Shown here: piece after piece, positions 53,300-63,998 of the stretch
How the letters are laid out: every line of letters starts with the position of its first letter
How positions within the stretch are numbered: the first letter of the stretch is position 1
DNA from: a virus
Lineage: Duplodnaviria; Caudoviricetes
Virus record (IMG/VR): IMGVR_UViG_3300021399_000119
Coordinates: 51,544 to 115,543 of that record
Reading direction: 5' to 3' (one strand)
Length of the DNA: 64,000 nt
Position numbers and translations under genes: made by a program
The notes under the pieces: model-generated
Told to the model about the DNA's origin: nothing
Databases searched by the model: none
The model's input: the letters and a program-made list of their open reading frames with translations, nothing else

Positions 53300-55696
53300 T
53301 TATTTTCTTGATTCAATATATCTTTTTACTTCGCTTGCATTATCATAAACATCGTAATTTTCATTATCTTTAAATACTAATAATGTAGGAGCTTTTTTAA
53401 TATGATATTGTTTTGTTAGGTCTACTTTTTCTTCAGCATCAATTACTTGATATTTAATGCCTGCTTTATCTAACATCATTTTACTCATTTTACAATTTGG
53501 ACATGTCTTTGTTGCAAAAAGAACCAATTTTTCATCAAATTTATTGAATTCTGCTTCTTTTTCCTCTTCACAACTACAACGTATCTTTCCATCGCTAATA
53601 TCTTCTTCTTTCTTTTTTAAAACAGAAGTATTAACATCGTATACTTTTCTTTCTCTGAATTCTTCAGCCTTGCCATCATTCCAGTTTTGAACTGGTCTGT
53701 AGTAACCTGTGATACGAGAATATACTTCAGTCTTTTCACCACATATTGGACAAGTATAAACTTCACCAGTGATGTAACCATGTTTAGCACATACTGAATA
53801 TGTTGGAGAGATTGTGTAATAAGGAAGTTTGTAGTTTTCCGCAATCTTTCTAACTAGATTAGCAGTAGCTTGCCAAGATGGCATCTTTTGACCTAAGAAG
53901 GCATGGAATACTGTACCAGATGTATAAAGTGTTTGAAGTTCATCTTGAATGTCTAAAGCACTGAAGATATCATCAGTATATCCAACTGGTAAATGACTTG
54001 AATTTGTATAATAAGGAACTTTATCATTTCCTGATGCAGTAATGATATCAGGGAAGTTCTTCTTATCATGTTTAGCAAGTCTGTATGAAGTAGATTCAGC
54101 TGGAGTTGCTTCTAGGTTATATAAATCACCATATTGTTCTTGATAATCTGATAATTTATTCCTCATGAAGTTAAGAGTCTTCTTAGTAAATTCTTGAGCT
54201 TCTTTATTAGTTAAATCTTTTCTTAACCATTTAGCGTTTAAGCAACATTCATTCATACCAACAAGTCCAATTGTTGAGAAATGGTTGTTGAAAGTGCCTA
54301 AATAACGTTTAGTATATGGATATAAGCCAGCTTCAAGTAATTTTGTAATAACATTACGTTTTACTTTTAAACTACGAGCTGCAATATTCATCATGTTTTC
54401 TAATTTATCAAAGAATTCTCCTTCATTATTAGAAAGATAAGCAAGTTTAGGCATGTTGATAGTAACAACACCAACAGAACCAGTAGATTCACCAGAACCG
54501 AAGAAACCACCAGATTTCTTTCTAAGTTCTCTTAAGTCTAAACGAAGCCTACAGCACATACTTCTTACATCTGATGGTTCCATATCAGAATTAATATAGT
54601 TAGAGAAGTAAGGAGTACCATATTTAGCAGTCATTTCAAATAATAATCTATTATTTTCAGTTTCACTCCAATCAAAATCTCTTGTGATAGAATATGTAGG
54701 AATTGGGTATTGGAAACCTCTGCCATTAGCATCACCTTCAATCATGATTTCGATGAATGCTTTATTAACCATATCCATTTCTTTTTGGCAATCTTTATAT
54801 TTAAAATCTTGTTCTACACCCCCAACAATAGCAGGAAGTTCAGCAAGATCATTTGGAACCGTCCAATCTAATGTTATATTAGTAAAAGGAGCTTGTGTTC
54901 CCCATCTAGAAGGTGTATTAACACCATAGACGAATGATTGAATACATTGTTTGACTTCTTTATATGTTAAGTTGTCTTTTTTTACGAACGGAGCTAAATA
55001 AGTATCAAATGATGAAAATGCTTGTGCACCAGCCCATTCATTTTGCATGATACCTAAAAAGTTAGTCATTTGATTACATAAAGTTGATAAATGACTAGCA
55101 GGAGAAGAGGTAATCTTTCCAGGAACACCACCTAGACCTTCTTGTATTAATTGTTTTAAAGACCAACCAGCACAATAACCAGTAAGCATTGACAAATCAT
55201 GGATATGAATATCACAATTTCTATGAGCATCACCAATTTCTTTATCATACACTTCTGATAACCAGTAATTAGCTGTAATTGCTCCTGAGTTAGATAAAAT
55301 CAAACCACCAACTGAATATGTAACAGTCGAATTTTCTTTAACTCTCCAGTCATTGATGTTTAGATAATTATCTACAGTGTTTTTATAGTCAAGAACAGTT
55401 TCTTGAGCTCTCAAAATATTATCTCTGTTTTTTCTATATAAGATATAATCTTTTGCTACATCTGTATAATTTGCTTGAATCAAAGTTATTTCAACAGTAT
55501 CTTGAATGTCTGCAACTGAGATGGTATTGTCTTTTATTTTTTCTCCTAAATTAGCCATGACTCTTAAACTTATTAATTCAATAATATCGTCTGTATAAAC
55601 TCTATTTACAGAAATAAAAGCTTTTTTAATAGTCGACTCAATCTTTCTTAAATTAAACTCATCTATACTTCCATCACGTTTTTTTACACTTAACAT
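53300..55696 (-). CDS. nrdD: anaerobic ribonucleoside-triphosphate reductase with ATP-cone and C-terminal glutaredoxin-like domain
   Basis: VKKRDG ATP-cone; HIHDL; SMCCRL; YSRITGYYRP glycyl-radical loop; TCPNC Grx domain. Confidence 0.95.
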   Translation of the reverse strand: MLSVKKRDGSIDEFNLRKIESTIKKAFISVNRVYTDDIIELISLRVMANLGEKIKDNTISVADIQDTVEITLIQANYTDVAKDYILYRKNRDNILRAQETVLDYKNTVDNYLNINDWRVKENSTVTYSVGGLILSNSGAITANYWLSEVYDKEIGDAHRNCDIHIHDLSMLTGYCAGWSLKQLIQEGLGGVPGKITSSPASHLSTLCNQMTNFLGIMQNEWAGAQAFSSFDTYLAPFVKKDNLTYKEVKQCIQSFVYGVNTPSRWGTQAPFTNITLDWTVPNDLAELPAIVGGVEQDFKYKDCQKEMDMVNKAFIEIMIEGDANGRGFQYPIPTYSITRDFDWSETENNRLLFEMTAKYGTPYFSNYINSDMEPSDVRSMCCRLRLDLRELRKKSGGFFGSGESTGSVGVVTINMPKLAYLSNNEGEFFDKLENMMNIAARSLKVKRNVITKLLEAGLYPYTKRYLGTFNNHFSTIGLVGMNECCLNAKWLRKDLTNKEAQEFTKKTLNFMRNKLSDYQEQYGDLYNLEATPAESTSYRLAKHDKKNFPDIITASGNDKVPYYTNSSHLPVGYTDDIFSALDIQDELQTLYTSGTVFHAFLGQKMPSWQATANLVRKIAENYKLPYYTISPTYSVCAKHGYITGEVYTCPICGEKTEVYSRITGYYRPVQNWNDGKAEEFRERKVYDVNTSVLKKKEEDISDGKIRCSCEEEKEAEFNKFDEKLVLFATKTCPNCKMSKMMLDKAGIKYQVIDAEEKVDLTKQYHIKKAPTLLVFKDNENYDVYDNASEVKRYIESRK

Positions 55697-55904
55697 ATTT
55701 CTCCTCCGTTATTTTTAACAGAAAGAGAACCAAACTCTTTATTTACTTTTTCTCTTACCTCTCTATATAAGGGGCAATGAGGCATATTTAATTTTACTTC
55801 CATAATTCATTCTCCGTCCTATATAATAATTTAAATTCAGGGGCAACGATGTGAAACCGTCACCCCAATAAAATTCTCGTTTTATTTTAATTTTTAAAAG
55901 AAGA

Positions 55905-55980
55905 TAAAAACCCGTTTCTCAGCATTTTATCTTCATGATTACCCAGTCAAAAAAGTTAAAACGCTCAGAAACGGGTTTTA
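55905..55980. repeat. dispersed imperfect palindrome, copy 3 (possible terminator)
   Basis: aaaacccgtttct.agc...gct.agaaacgggtttt; shares ctcagaaacg with copy 1. Confidence 0.6.
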
Positions 55981-56030
55981 GAGACTTCTCTTAGATTCCA
56001 TTTCTTTTCCCTTTATACCTTTTCGCGGGT

Positions 56031-57035
56031 TTAAAAATCTGATAAATCAAATATCTTTGTAGCTTGGCCATTAGAACATTGTTCATTTAAATAATGGTCC
56101 ATAACTTCTTCGTGACGACTTATACCTTTCCATTCATTCAATACTTCTCCTGTAAATTTTCCTCCAGGTTTCCACATTGAATAGTAAGGACATTGACGTC
56201 TACCTTCAGCAGGTTGTTTTGGATTCAACCCCCCAAATTCACAATAGTAACACAATGGAGAAGGAGATGGTTTCCATTGATCTTCAGAAGCGGTCTCAAT
56301 TCCATCGAACAAAGCCTTTAATTTCTTCTTAGCTCGATTTATACATCCCATTGTTCCAATTGGTTGTCGTGCATTTACGAATGGCAAATCATAGAAAAAT
56401 AGAGTTGGTTCTGTAAATAAACCTAACGCATTTTTCAAAGCCATTGCATAAATACAATGTTGCATTGGAGTTTTTGTATCTTTTTCATCGAAGAACTTAT
56501 TTTTTGTTTTAATATCGTCAATAATATATTGTTGAGTTTTGGTATCGAACCAAATTCTATCTATATAACCTTTTAAGATATGTCCTTCAAAAGTAAATTC
56601 GAAATATTTTTCTACATCAAAGATTTTATAAGTTGGGTGGTCTTGCAGAAATTTTTCTTGACGATACATTCCTTCTTTTGCGTACCACTCACAACGTGTA
56701 GCATAAGATTCCCCATTTTCATCAACAGTATAAAAATCAGATTTATATCTTTCCTTTAGGATATTTATACCGAATTGCCCATTGTCCATATCTTGCGGAT
56801 GAGTTTTAGGATTATTAATATTATAAAAATCTTCTCTCAATGCATCATAATCAGGAGTCTCCCCCCTCATTAGAGCATAAGAAATATGTTCTTCAATCCA
56901 GTGGACTAAAGTTCCTAACTCAAGCGCAAGTGTGTTTGATTCAACATAAATTAAATCTTCATACTTTAATTTATATTTCCATGGGCATTTATTATAAGTA
57001 TCTACCCTAGAGTAAGAATACTTAATTACTCCCAT
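56031..57035 (-). CDS. PD-(D/E)XK nuclease (Cas4/AddB-like, Fe-S Cys)
   Basis: SYSR...CP, GTLVH, EKYF, GYIDRI, IDDIKT, Q..IY, CYYC...C. Confidence 0.88.
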   Translation of the reverse strand: MGVIKYSYSRVDTYNKCPWKYKLKYEDLIYVESNTLALELGTLVHWIEEHISYALMRGETPDYDALREDFYNINNPKTHPQDMDNGQFGINILKERYKSDFYTVDENGESYATRCEWYAKEGMYRQEKFLQDHPTYKIFDVEKYFEFTFEGHILKGYIDRIWFDTKTQQYIIDDIKTKNKFFDEKDTKTPMQHCIYAMALKNALGLFTEPTLFFYDLPFVNARQPIGTMGCINRAKKKLKALFDGIETASEDQWKPSPSPLCYYCEFGGLNPKQPAEGRRQCPYYSMWKPGGKFTGEVLNEWKGISRHEEVMDHYLNEQCSNGQATKIFDLSDF

Positions 57036-57055
57036 GAGTTCTCCTTTCGCGAGAC

Positions 57056-58258
57056 TTAATTAAGTCTGCGCTTTCTTTCTGTATCAGCTTCTACAGCTGA
57101 CACTTGTTGTTTCTTTTTCATTAATTTTTCTAAAGTTTCTTTACCTCTATCTGCAGGACTATCTTTATATCCTAACAGACCTTCGTAGTCCATGACTACA
57201 TAAATGTTGGCGTATTTTGTTAGCGGTTTTGTAATCTTTAATAATTTCTCTTCATAAGTTTGAGTTAATTCCGATTCTTTATCATCGTCATTTTCTTTAT
57301 CATAACAGAATATTATTTCATTAACTCCCAAGTTGAGAAGTAGTTTTAATTGTTGTGTACTAAAAGAACTACCGCATGTAGCAACAGCAAAGTTATTATT
57401 TTCGTACTCATATTTGACTTCCCCTGTGTTTGGATCTCGTTTCTCAATATATCTATTGTAGTAAGTTGCGCATAGTAGAACGGATTTTTCGCCCTCAAAT
57501 ACAGCAACTTTTTTAAGTCTACGAATAACGTCTTGATTTTCATAAAGCCCATATAGATTTTGTCCAAGAGGGTGTTTATAACAATCTTTTTGAATATACA
57601 CAGGCATATATTTCTTTCCATCGGCAACTTCGTCGGGGTCAAAAGAACGCCCACGAATTCCACACAAGTTTCCATCAATATCTCTATGAGGAATAATAAT
57701 TTTTCTCATTGCAGAATCTATACGAATTCCATAATGAGCCATTGCATCGGCAGAAATACCTTCTTTTAGCCATTCTGCTGGAGCAACAGTTGGTCCGAAA
57801 TATTCCAGAATATTTTCTTGAACTTTTGGTAAAGGTTGAAGTTCTTTCTTTGGAGCATTAAAGTCTTTAAACTTTTGTAAAATGGTCCAACCATCACTTA
57901 ATTCTTCCTTTTGTTCATTTCCAAATCCAAATTGAACCCCCCCAAGATTAAAGAAGTTTTGAACGTCAACAAAAGCCTTACGAAACTCTGCTACTGGGTC
58001 ATACCCCTTTGATTTACATGTTAAGCTAAAAATATCAAAGTTTTCAGCGCACTCTGTATAGCAGTGGAATTGCTTACTTTCTACATAATAGAAAAGTTTA
58101 TGCTTTCCACAATGAGCAGGGTTGTGGCATATTGTTTGAAAAATTGGGTTGCCATTTGGATCATATTCTGGTTCATCTGAACCTAAAAATTCAGTAACAT
58201 ATTTAATCACATCTTCAACAGAAAGTTTATCCTTAAGTTCTTGCGAAGTCATAAGCAT
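57056..58258 (-). CDS. DNA primase
   Basis: CHN...CYTEC zinc finger; IIIPH; FEGEKS and YDKE TOPRIM motifs. Confidence 0.88.
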   Translation of the reverse strand: MLMTSQELKDKLSVEDVIKYVTEFLGSDEPEYDPNGNPIFQTICHNPAHCGKHKLFYYVESKQFHCYTECAENFDIFSLTCKSKGYDPVAEFRKAFVDVQNFFNLGGVQFGFGNEQKEELSDGWTILQKFKDFNAPKKELQPLPKVQENILEYFGPTVAPAEWLKEGISADAMAHYGIRIDSAMRKIIIPHRDIDGNLCGIRGRSFDPDEVADGKKYMPVYIQKDCYKHPLGQNLYGLYENQDVIRRLKKVAVFEGEKSVLLCATYYNRYIEKRDPNTGEVKYEYENNNFAVATCGSSFSTQQLKLLLNLGVNEIIFCYDKENDDDKESELTQTYEEKLLKITKPLTKYANIYVVMDYEGLLGYKDSPADRGKETLEKLMKKKQQVSAVEADTERKRRLN

Positions 58259-58267
58259 TACCTCCTA

Positions 58268-59968
58268 TTAATAATCTTGTACATTAAATTGAAAATCTTT
58301 AATTGAAATATCTTCTGAATCTTTAATTGAAATATCTTCTAATTTTTCTTTTGTTTCTTTTATTTCTTTTGGTTTTACTTCAACAGCAGTATCATCTACT
58401 AGTGTTTCAATTTCAGGTTTAGTATTATCAACAGTTTGGTCTAAGATATATTCAACATTAGTATCGTTAATGTCTACAATTTCTCCTTCGTTATTAGTAG
58501 CGAAGCAATCTGTTGTTCTACAAGTTGATCTATCAAAATGGATATATAATCTAATATTATTGAAACGTCCACGTCTTACTTTATAAATATGAATAACATG
58601 TGTTGGCTCTAATTCAAATCCTTTAGCAACGTGAGCTGCGATAACTTGTTTATCGGCTTCACGAACAGGAAGTAAAATAGCACCATTATCAACCTTGTCG
58701 GAAATAGATTTAGCTCCACGAAGTAATTGTTGGTCTGCTTCTTTTGCGCTTTTCCATTCCCCGCTTAATTGAGTAGCTGTCCAAATAAAGATATTAAGAC
58801 GTATACATAATTCTTTTAATCTTGTAATAAACATTAAAAGAATCTGATCTTCTCTTAAACCTGAAATACGAGTTTTAGAAGCTCCTTCAGCCATAATTCT
58901 CATACTACTTGCTAAATAATCATAGAAGAAATATTGAACCCCGTACATTTGGTAATATTTCTTTATGATGTTTTCAATATCATCCATATTATAATCACTA
59001 ATACGAACGAAATATAAATCAGCTTTGTCTAATAATTTAGCGGCTTTACGAACTCTCTCTTCTTCTCCTTTATCATAACGACCATCTAAGATATGATGTT
59101 CTGGGACACCTGAAATGCACGACATCCACATTGTTTGAACTTCTTTTAACTCTAATTCAATAGAAATTAATAATGCGGGCTCACGTATTCCTGTTTGTTC
59201 CCATTTACATTTAACAGTATCATAATATTCCCCCACAGCAGTTCTGCATGAAAGTTCAGCTTGTCTCCTAGTTTTGCCTACACCTTGAGCCGAAGATTCG
59301 ATGCATAGCTTTCCTAATATCATACCACGATAAATTGTAGTTAATTTAGGACTTGTAAAAGGTAAACCCATTTCAGGAACTTGTTTTAATTCATCAATTA
59401 AATCTAAAGCTCCATCTCCAGCTTTTCCTTGTACCATGTCTGCTGACATAGAGAACTTTTCTTTTATTTGAGTTAATTGAGTATCAAAATATAATAATAT
59501 ATCGTCAACACTCATTCTGTCAAAGTTCTTTTGCATTTCACTTGCTTTGACAGGGTCTAATATTTGATCGTCATAAATTGGTGTTACATCAAAACCACGA
59601 TTATCAAAATCGTTTAATACGCTCATTTTTTTCATACGCTTGTAGTAATAGTCACGATTTTTTTCGTCTACTAATTCAAGCATTTGTGTAATATAATCTG
59701 GACCTTGATTATCAGAAAAAACCTTATATTGAGTAGGATATGTTTTCAGAAATTGGTCAATATCCATATAAGAAATAGATTGAGCCCCATTGATAGCAAT
59801 ATTTTCTATTGCCCCGAAAAGAATTCGGTGAAATTGGTCTGAAAAATCCTCTATATTAAATTTATATTTACTGTCTGAAAAAAGCATAGGGTCTTTAATA
59901 AGACATCCTAAAACCTGCATTTCAGCCATTTTATCTGCATATCTATGATTTATATTGTTAATTCCCAT
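58268..59968 (-). CDS. dnaB: replicative DnaB-like helicase
   Basis: SAQGVGKT, SIEL, FFYDYL, TATQL, KSISDKVD, KVRRG. Confidence 0.9.
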   Translation of the reverse strand: MGINNINHRYADKMAEMQVLGCLIKDPMLFSDSKYKFNIEDFSDQFHRILFGAIENIAINGAQSISYMDIDQFLKTYPTQYKVFSDNQGPDYITQMLELVDEKNRDYYYKRMKKMSVLNDFDNRGFDVTPIYDDQILDPVKASEMQKNFDRMSVDDILLYFDTQLTQIKEKFSMSADMVQGKAGDGALDLIDELKQVPEMGLPFTSPKLTTIYRGMILGKLCIESSAQGVGKTRRQAELSCRTAVGEYYDTVKCKWEQTGIREPALLISIELELKEVQTMWMSCISGVPEHHILDGRYDKGEEERVRKAAKLLDKADLYFVRISDYNMDDIENIIKKYYQMYGVQYFFYDYLASSMRIMAEGASKTRISGLREDQILLMFITRLKELCIRLNIFIWTATQLSGEWKSAKEADQQLLRGAKSISDKVDNGAILLPVREADKQVIAAHVAKGFELEPTHVIHIYKVRRGRFNNIRLYIHFDRSTCRTTDCFATNNEGEIVDINDTNVEYILDQTVDNTKPEIETLVDDTAVEVKPKEIKETKEKLEDISIKDSEDISIKDFQFNVQDY

Positions 59969-60454
59969 TTAAAGGTCCTCAATTCTATAATTTGTTTTTC
60001 GTTTAGCAGAAACAGGTCTGCGAATTTTAACAGTGACTGTTTCTGTTTTATCTTCATGTTCCATGTTTTTCTTCATGATTTCTTGTTGCTTTATTGCATA
60101 TTGACGAGTTTCTTCGTAAAAACTATCTATAATATTAAGACCATAAGCAGAGAGTGGTTCATGACCTAAAATATTATAATAATAAACTAAAGTCATTTTA
60201 ATCCCCGCCAAAGTTTTACCAGAGCGTTCAAGTCGGTCAATTTTGGCGACCCACGACTCTGGTAATTCTTCTATAGCAAATAAGTCTTTAATAAAATCGC
60301 ATAATTCTTTTTTCTCGTTTTCATGATTTAAAACATCATCAAGAATTAATTTATAGCATTGGTCGCAGTACAATCTACCATTGTACAAGTGACCAGAGCC
60401 AATTATAACTTGTTGACATTTAGGACAACGTCTTCCAGCCATTACGACCTCCAC
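59969..60454 (-). CDS. zinc-finger protein, probable helicase loader/partner
   Basis: CPKC...CDQC; directly upstream of dnaB. Confidence 0.6.
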   Translation of the reverse strand: MEVVMAGRRCPKCQQVIIGSGHLYNGRLYCDQCYKLILDDVLNHENEKKELCDFIKDLFAIEELPESWVAKIDRLERSGKTLAGIKMTLVYYYNILGHEPLSAYGLNIIDSFYEETRQYAIKQQEIMKKNMEHEDKTETVTVKIRRPVSAKRKTNYRIEDL

Positions 60455-60487
60455 TAAAAATTTTTAAAATTTAATAAAAGACAGGTT

Positions 60488-61567
60488 TTATTTAGATTCT
60501 TCTTGTTTCTTTCCTAAACCAGCTTTTTCATAATAGCCTTTATCAACAAGTTGATCGTAGAAATATTGAAGTCTAGCTTTTTCTTCAGGTGAAGAATTTT
60601 CATTAACAGCTTTAGCTTTGAAGTTTTGAGCATTGCAAGCTTCTTTCATTTTATTGAAAGTTTCAACATTGCCTTCAGCTTGATTCATAGCTGCTAACAT
60701 TTCTCCTAATTCTGCAACTAAAGTTTCAATATTCTTATTTTCGTCTTTTTCAACAGCGACTTGTTGTTTAGCTTCTTCTTCTTTCTTCTTTTGGAAAGTA
60801 GTTGCTTTAACTCCTGTAGCTTGTTCTTCTAATTTGATAGCATCATCAATTGCTTTTACTAATTTTTCCCAATTCCATTCAGGAATAGCAGAAACAATTT
60901 TTCTAAAACGACTACCAGCATAGAAAGCTTGAGTTCCTTTTAAATGTAATGTCGAAAGAATTTCATTTCCATCGGCACTATTTTGAGTTTGCGCATATGC
61001 AATAATATCGCAGAAATCGCAGATGATAGCACTACAACGTTTTAAATCTCCAGATTTTGGATATAATTGATTGAATTCTTCTCCAACTTCATTCTTTAAT
61101 TTTCTTTCAACTTCATGAGCTAAGAATACTACTGTATAACCTGCAGAACATAATTTCTTTATAGGTTTTAACATTTCTTTTTCATATTCTTTCCAATTAC
61201 CAAAACCTCTGTTTCCAGCAGCAATACTACCAATACCAAAAACATCACAAATATAATCATCTGCTAAATCAGTAATTCCTTGAATAGTATCGATGATAAT
61301 TGTAGAATAGCGTTCTTTAGCTTTAGCAATAGTTGCAGGAGATGTTAATTGTTGCACTAAATTAGTAAATGTTCCCCATTTATCAATATAGAAGTGAGCA
61401 ACACCTTCGATAGCATTTAAACCTTTTTCAAAGCTTAAAAATAAAGGTTTTGGTGCTAATGATGTATTGTAAGTTTTACCAGCACGGTTTGGTCCATAAA
61501 TGACGATACTTTTTCCTTCCATACCGCCAATAACATGAGAAATTTCAGGTGAGAATAAATCTGCCAT
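60488..61567 (-). CDS. Sak4-like/AAA_24 ATPase
   Basis: YGPNRAGKT, FEKG, IIIDT, VFLAHE, YAGSRF. Confidence 0.85.
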   Translation of the reverse strand: MADLFSPEISHVIGGMEGKSIVIYGPNRAGKTYNTSLAPKPLFLSFEKGLNAIEGVAHFYIDKWGTFTNLVQQLTSPATIAKAKERYSTIIIDTIQGITDLADDYICDVFGIGSIAAGNRGFGNWKEYEKEMLKPIKKLCSAGYTVVFLAHEVERKLKNEVGEEFNQLYPKSGDLKRCSAIICDFCDIIAYAQTQNSADGNEILSTLHLKGTQAFYAGSRFRKIVSAIPEWNWEKLVKAIDDAIKLEEQATGVKATTFQKKKEEEAKQQVAVEKDENKNIETLVAELGEMLAAMNQAEGNVETFNKMKEACNAQNFKAKAVNENSSPEEKARLQYFYDQLVDKGYYEKAGLGKKQEESK

Positions 61568-61580
61568 ATTTCTTTACTCC

Positions 61581-62585
61581 TTAAAAACTATCTGGATCAA
61601 ATGCTGCTTTAGCATTGTCAGTAAAGTTAAAATCTTTTACTGGTTGTTGAGGTTGATTAGAAACTGTCTTATTACTCTTTGATTGTCTATTTTCAGTATT
61701 CTTTTGAATTAATGCATCACGAGCAATTAAACCTTTCTTTACATCTTCAGTAGTAAATCCAGCTTTTTCATAAGCAGGATCATTTGCATCAATAGTAGTA
61801 GATCTACCACCACGAACTAATCTTTCTTCAACAAAACTTGTTACTGCAGAAGAAGTAGGTTTTTGACCAAAGAATTGAGTATTTTCAACTTTTTGTTCAA
61901 CTTTCATAAGGTTGTATACCTTTCCTGTCATTTGTTGAATAGTTTCTCTTTCCCTCCAATTAGCATTAATATGTTCAGATACACCACCAGCTTCTGTGAT
62001 ATATGTAATACGATGCATTGTTCCATTATAATCAGGAGTGATAGCAGTAATCACATATCTGCCTGTTTCTTCATAATCATTGCTATTTGCAACTTTCTTC
62101 ATTTCAGGTTGAATTCTTTCAATAAAAGCATCAATTGTAAAATTAGCACCTGGTTCAAATACAGAATTTGGATTAAAAACATGAATGCTATCAAACCAAT
62201 TCTTAAGAGCAACTTCTGTCCTTGAACTAACATTTCCATTGTCATCTTTTACAGCATACTCACGGAATTCAGCATGAGCCTTAATCTTAGTTGCTAAATC
62301 TTTGACAGTGTCAAAAGTAGCAGTAGGATTAGCTTCTAATTGATCCTTAATGCTTGTTGTGTGTTCTGGTAATAAACTTTGTAATGAAACAAAAGTTTTA
62401 TTAGCATTACCTGTTGATTGACTCTTTTCAGCAGCATAAACTTTTATTCTAATGCTGTTTAAATTGTCAAAAGCCACTGTTACAGAACCTTGAATAGCTC
62501 TGCCATTCGCAGTATTTTTAAGTTCTAGGTTATTTTCACGTAGATAACCAACTACATCGACTTTGTTTTCAACTTTGTCTTTCAT
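61581..62585 (-). CDS. putative single-stranded DNA-binding protein
   Basis: NKVDVVGYL.E OB-like start; acidic-aromatic C-terminus FDPDSF; context. Confidence 0.7.
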   Translation of the reverse strand: MKDKVENKVDVVGYLRENNLELKNTANGRAIQGSVTVAFDNLNSIRIKVYAAEKSQSTGNANKTFVSLQSLLPEHTTSIKDQLEANPTATFDTVKDLATKIKAHAEFREYAVKDDNGNVSSRTEVALKNWFDSIHVFNPNSVFEPGANFTIDAFIERIQPEMKKVANSNDYEETGRYVITAITPDYNGTMHRITYITEAGGVSEHINANWRERETIQQMTGKVYNLMKVEQKVENTQFFGQKPTSSAVTSFVEERLVRGGRSTTIDANDPAYEKAGFTTEDVKKGLIARDALIQKNTENRQSKSNKTVSNQPQQPVKDFNFTDNAKAAFDPDSF

Positions 62586-62691
62586 AAATTAAAAATTTTT
62601 CTCCTTTTTCTTAAAATTTATATCTACATAACATATCGTTATTGATACCAAAATTAATCCTTTTTTTGCCTTTTTTTTCTTAGGCACCAAT

Positions 62692-62720
62692 ATAATATCA
62701 CATTATTTTTTCTTTGTCAA
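62692..62720 (-). promoter_or_regulatory. sigma70-type promoter of the replication operon
   Basis: TTGACA-17-TATTAT with TG extension. Confidence 0.75.
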
Positions 62721-62747
62721 GCGAGTTTGTCGCTTTTTTAATTTTTT

Positions 62748-63050
62748 TTATTTTGAGGATGTAATCTTAGGAGAATTACTTCCTATAATAATTGAATTGG
62801 ATAACTTATTTTGTATTTTAAGAATATACGCATAGTCTCCGTTGGTGAAGGAAAAACTAGTGCAATTCACAACATTCCTAATAATTGTATTTTCGTCAGA
62901 CAATAGTTTTATATTATAAGTCCCTGAACCATCATCATCAGAAACTATTTGACATATTTCAACTTTATCTAACATAGCTAATTTTGCATCAATTAGCGAA
63001 TTAATAACATCTAAAAATTCTTTTGAAAATCTTTCTGTGTCAAAACCCAT
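62748..63050 (-). CDS. hypothetical protein (OB-fold/baseplate-like)
   Basis: 100-aa ORF with GGAGG RBS. Confidence 0.65.
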   Translation of the reverse strand: MGFDTERFSKEFLDVINSLIDAKLAMLDKVEICQIVSDDDGSGTYNIKLLSDENTIIRNVVNCTSFSFTNGDYAYILKIQNKLSNSIIIGSNSPKITSSK

Positions 63051-63109
63051 TTTTCCTCCTTTTATTAATTTGTTAAATTATTTTTTTGCTTAAATATTTA
63101 AAACAGAGA

Positions 63110-63150
63110 GAGAAGAAACTGAAAACTGAAATTTTCAGTTTCTTCTTTTT
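63110..63150. terminator. rho-independent terminator-like hairpin
   Basis: agaagaaactgaaaa/ttttcagtttcttct stem. Confidence 0.6.
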
Positions 63151-63167
63151 TCTATTTGTTATTAATT

Positions 63168-63998
63168 TTAGTGATCGTCTTCAACAACATATGCACCTAT
63201 ATAGATATCAAGATTACTTGAACTAACAGTTACTGTAATAGGGCCTCCTGAATAATTATATCCATAAGGACTACATATACCATTGATTACACTTTGAGAT
63301 ACTATTACTTCAGTAGAAGAAACAGGTCTAGAAATACCTGTAGAATCCTCTACAATTAACCAATGTCCTAGACCGCCTTGACTAATCATATCATTATAAT
63401 CATTTACATCTGAACATATGTAATATGGAGATACAACGCTATTATTAATGCATGCAATATGGACAATATATGTAACTCGTGCTTCAGTTCTAGTAACGCC
63501 AGATAAAGCACCTAAGTTTTTAGTACTTGTAACTGAAACACTACCTAATCTATAAACATTTCCGCTAACATGAGTTCCAGAACATGTGTAAGTATACTGT
63601 TCAGTATCTGCATATTTTTCTACAAAATAGTATACTGTTGTTCCATAATCATATGTTGTCCCACTAGGATTACCAGTTGTTGCATTTATATTAGTAGAAG
63701 TAAATGCTCTTGTTACGTAGTTTCCTAAAGTAAAGTTAACTGCATACTCATTGATTGTAGCAGTTGGACTTACTGTTGTCGGATTATAAACTGTTGCATA
63801 ATGAGAAGAATCTACATAACTATCATCTCTTGTGTATCCTGTTTCACCAGGTGCATACCAATATACTCTAGATGAAGCGCTATAATTAAAAACAACTGTT
63901 TGAGAACTTGTTATACTAGTCCAGTTAGAACTATTAATTTCACGATAATAAATTGCTGATACTCCTGTGTTTTTAACAAATGAAATTGACCAAGTTGC
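63168..63998 (-). CDS. C-terminal part of a beta-rich tail/receptor-binding protein (5' truncated by the window edge)
   Basis: Frame is open to the window end; S/T/Y/V/G-rich Ig-like sequence (ATWSISFVKNTGVSAIYYR...). Confidence 0.7.
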   Translation of the reverse strand, partial: ATWSISFVKNTGVSAIYYREINSSNWTSITSSQTVVFNYSASSRVYWYAPGETGYTRDDSYVDSSHYATVYNPTTVSPTATINEYAVNFTLGNYVTRAFTSTNINATTGNPSGTTYDYGTTVYYFVEKYADTEQYTYTCSGTHVSGNVYRLGSVSVTSTKNLGALSGVTRTEARVTYIVHIACINNSVVSPYYICSDVNDYNDMISQGGLGHWLIVEDSTGISRPVSSTEVIVSQSVINGICSPYGYNYSGGPITVTVSSSNLDIYIGAYVVEDDH

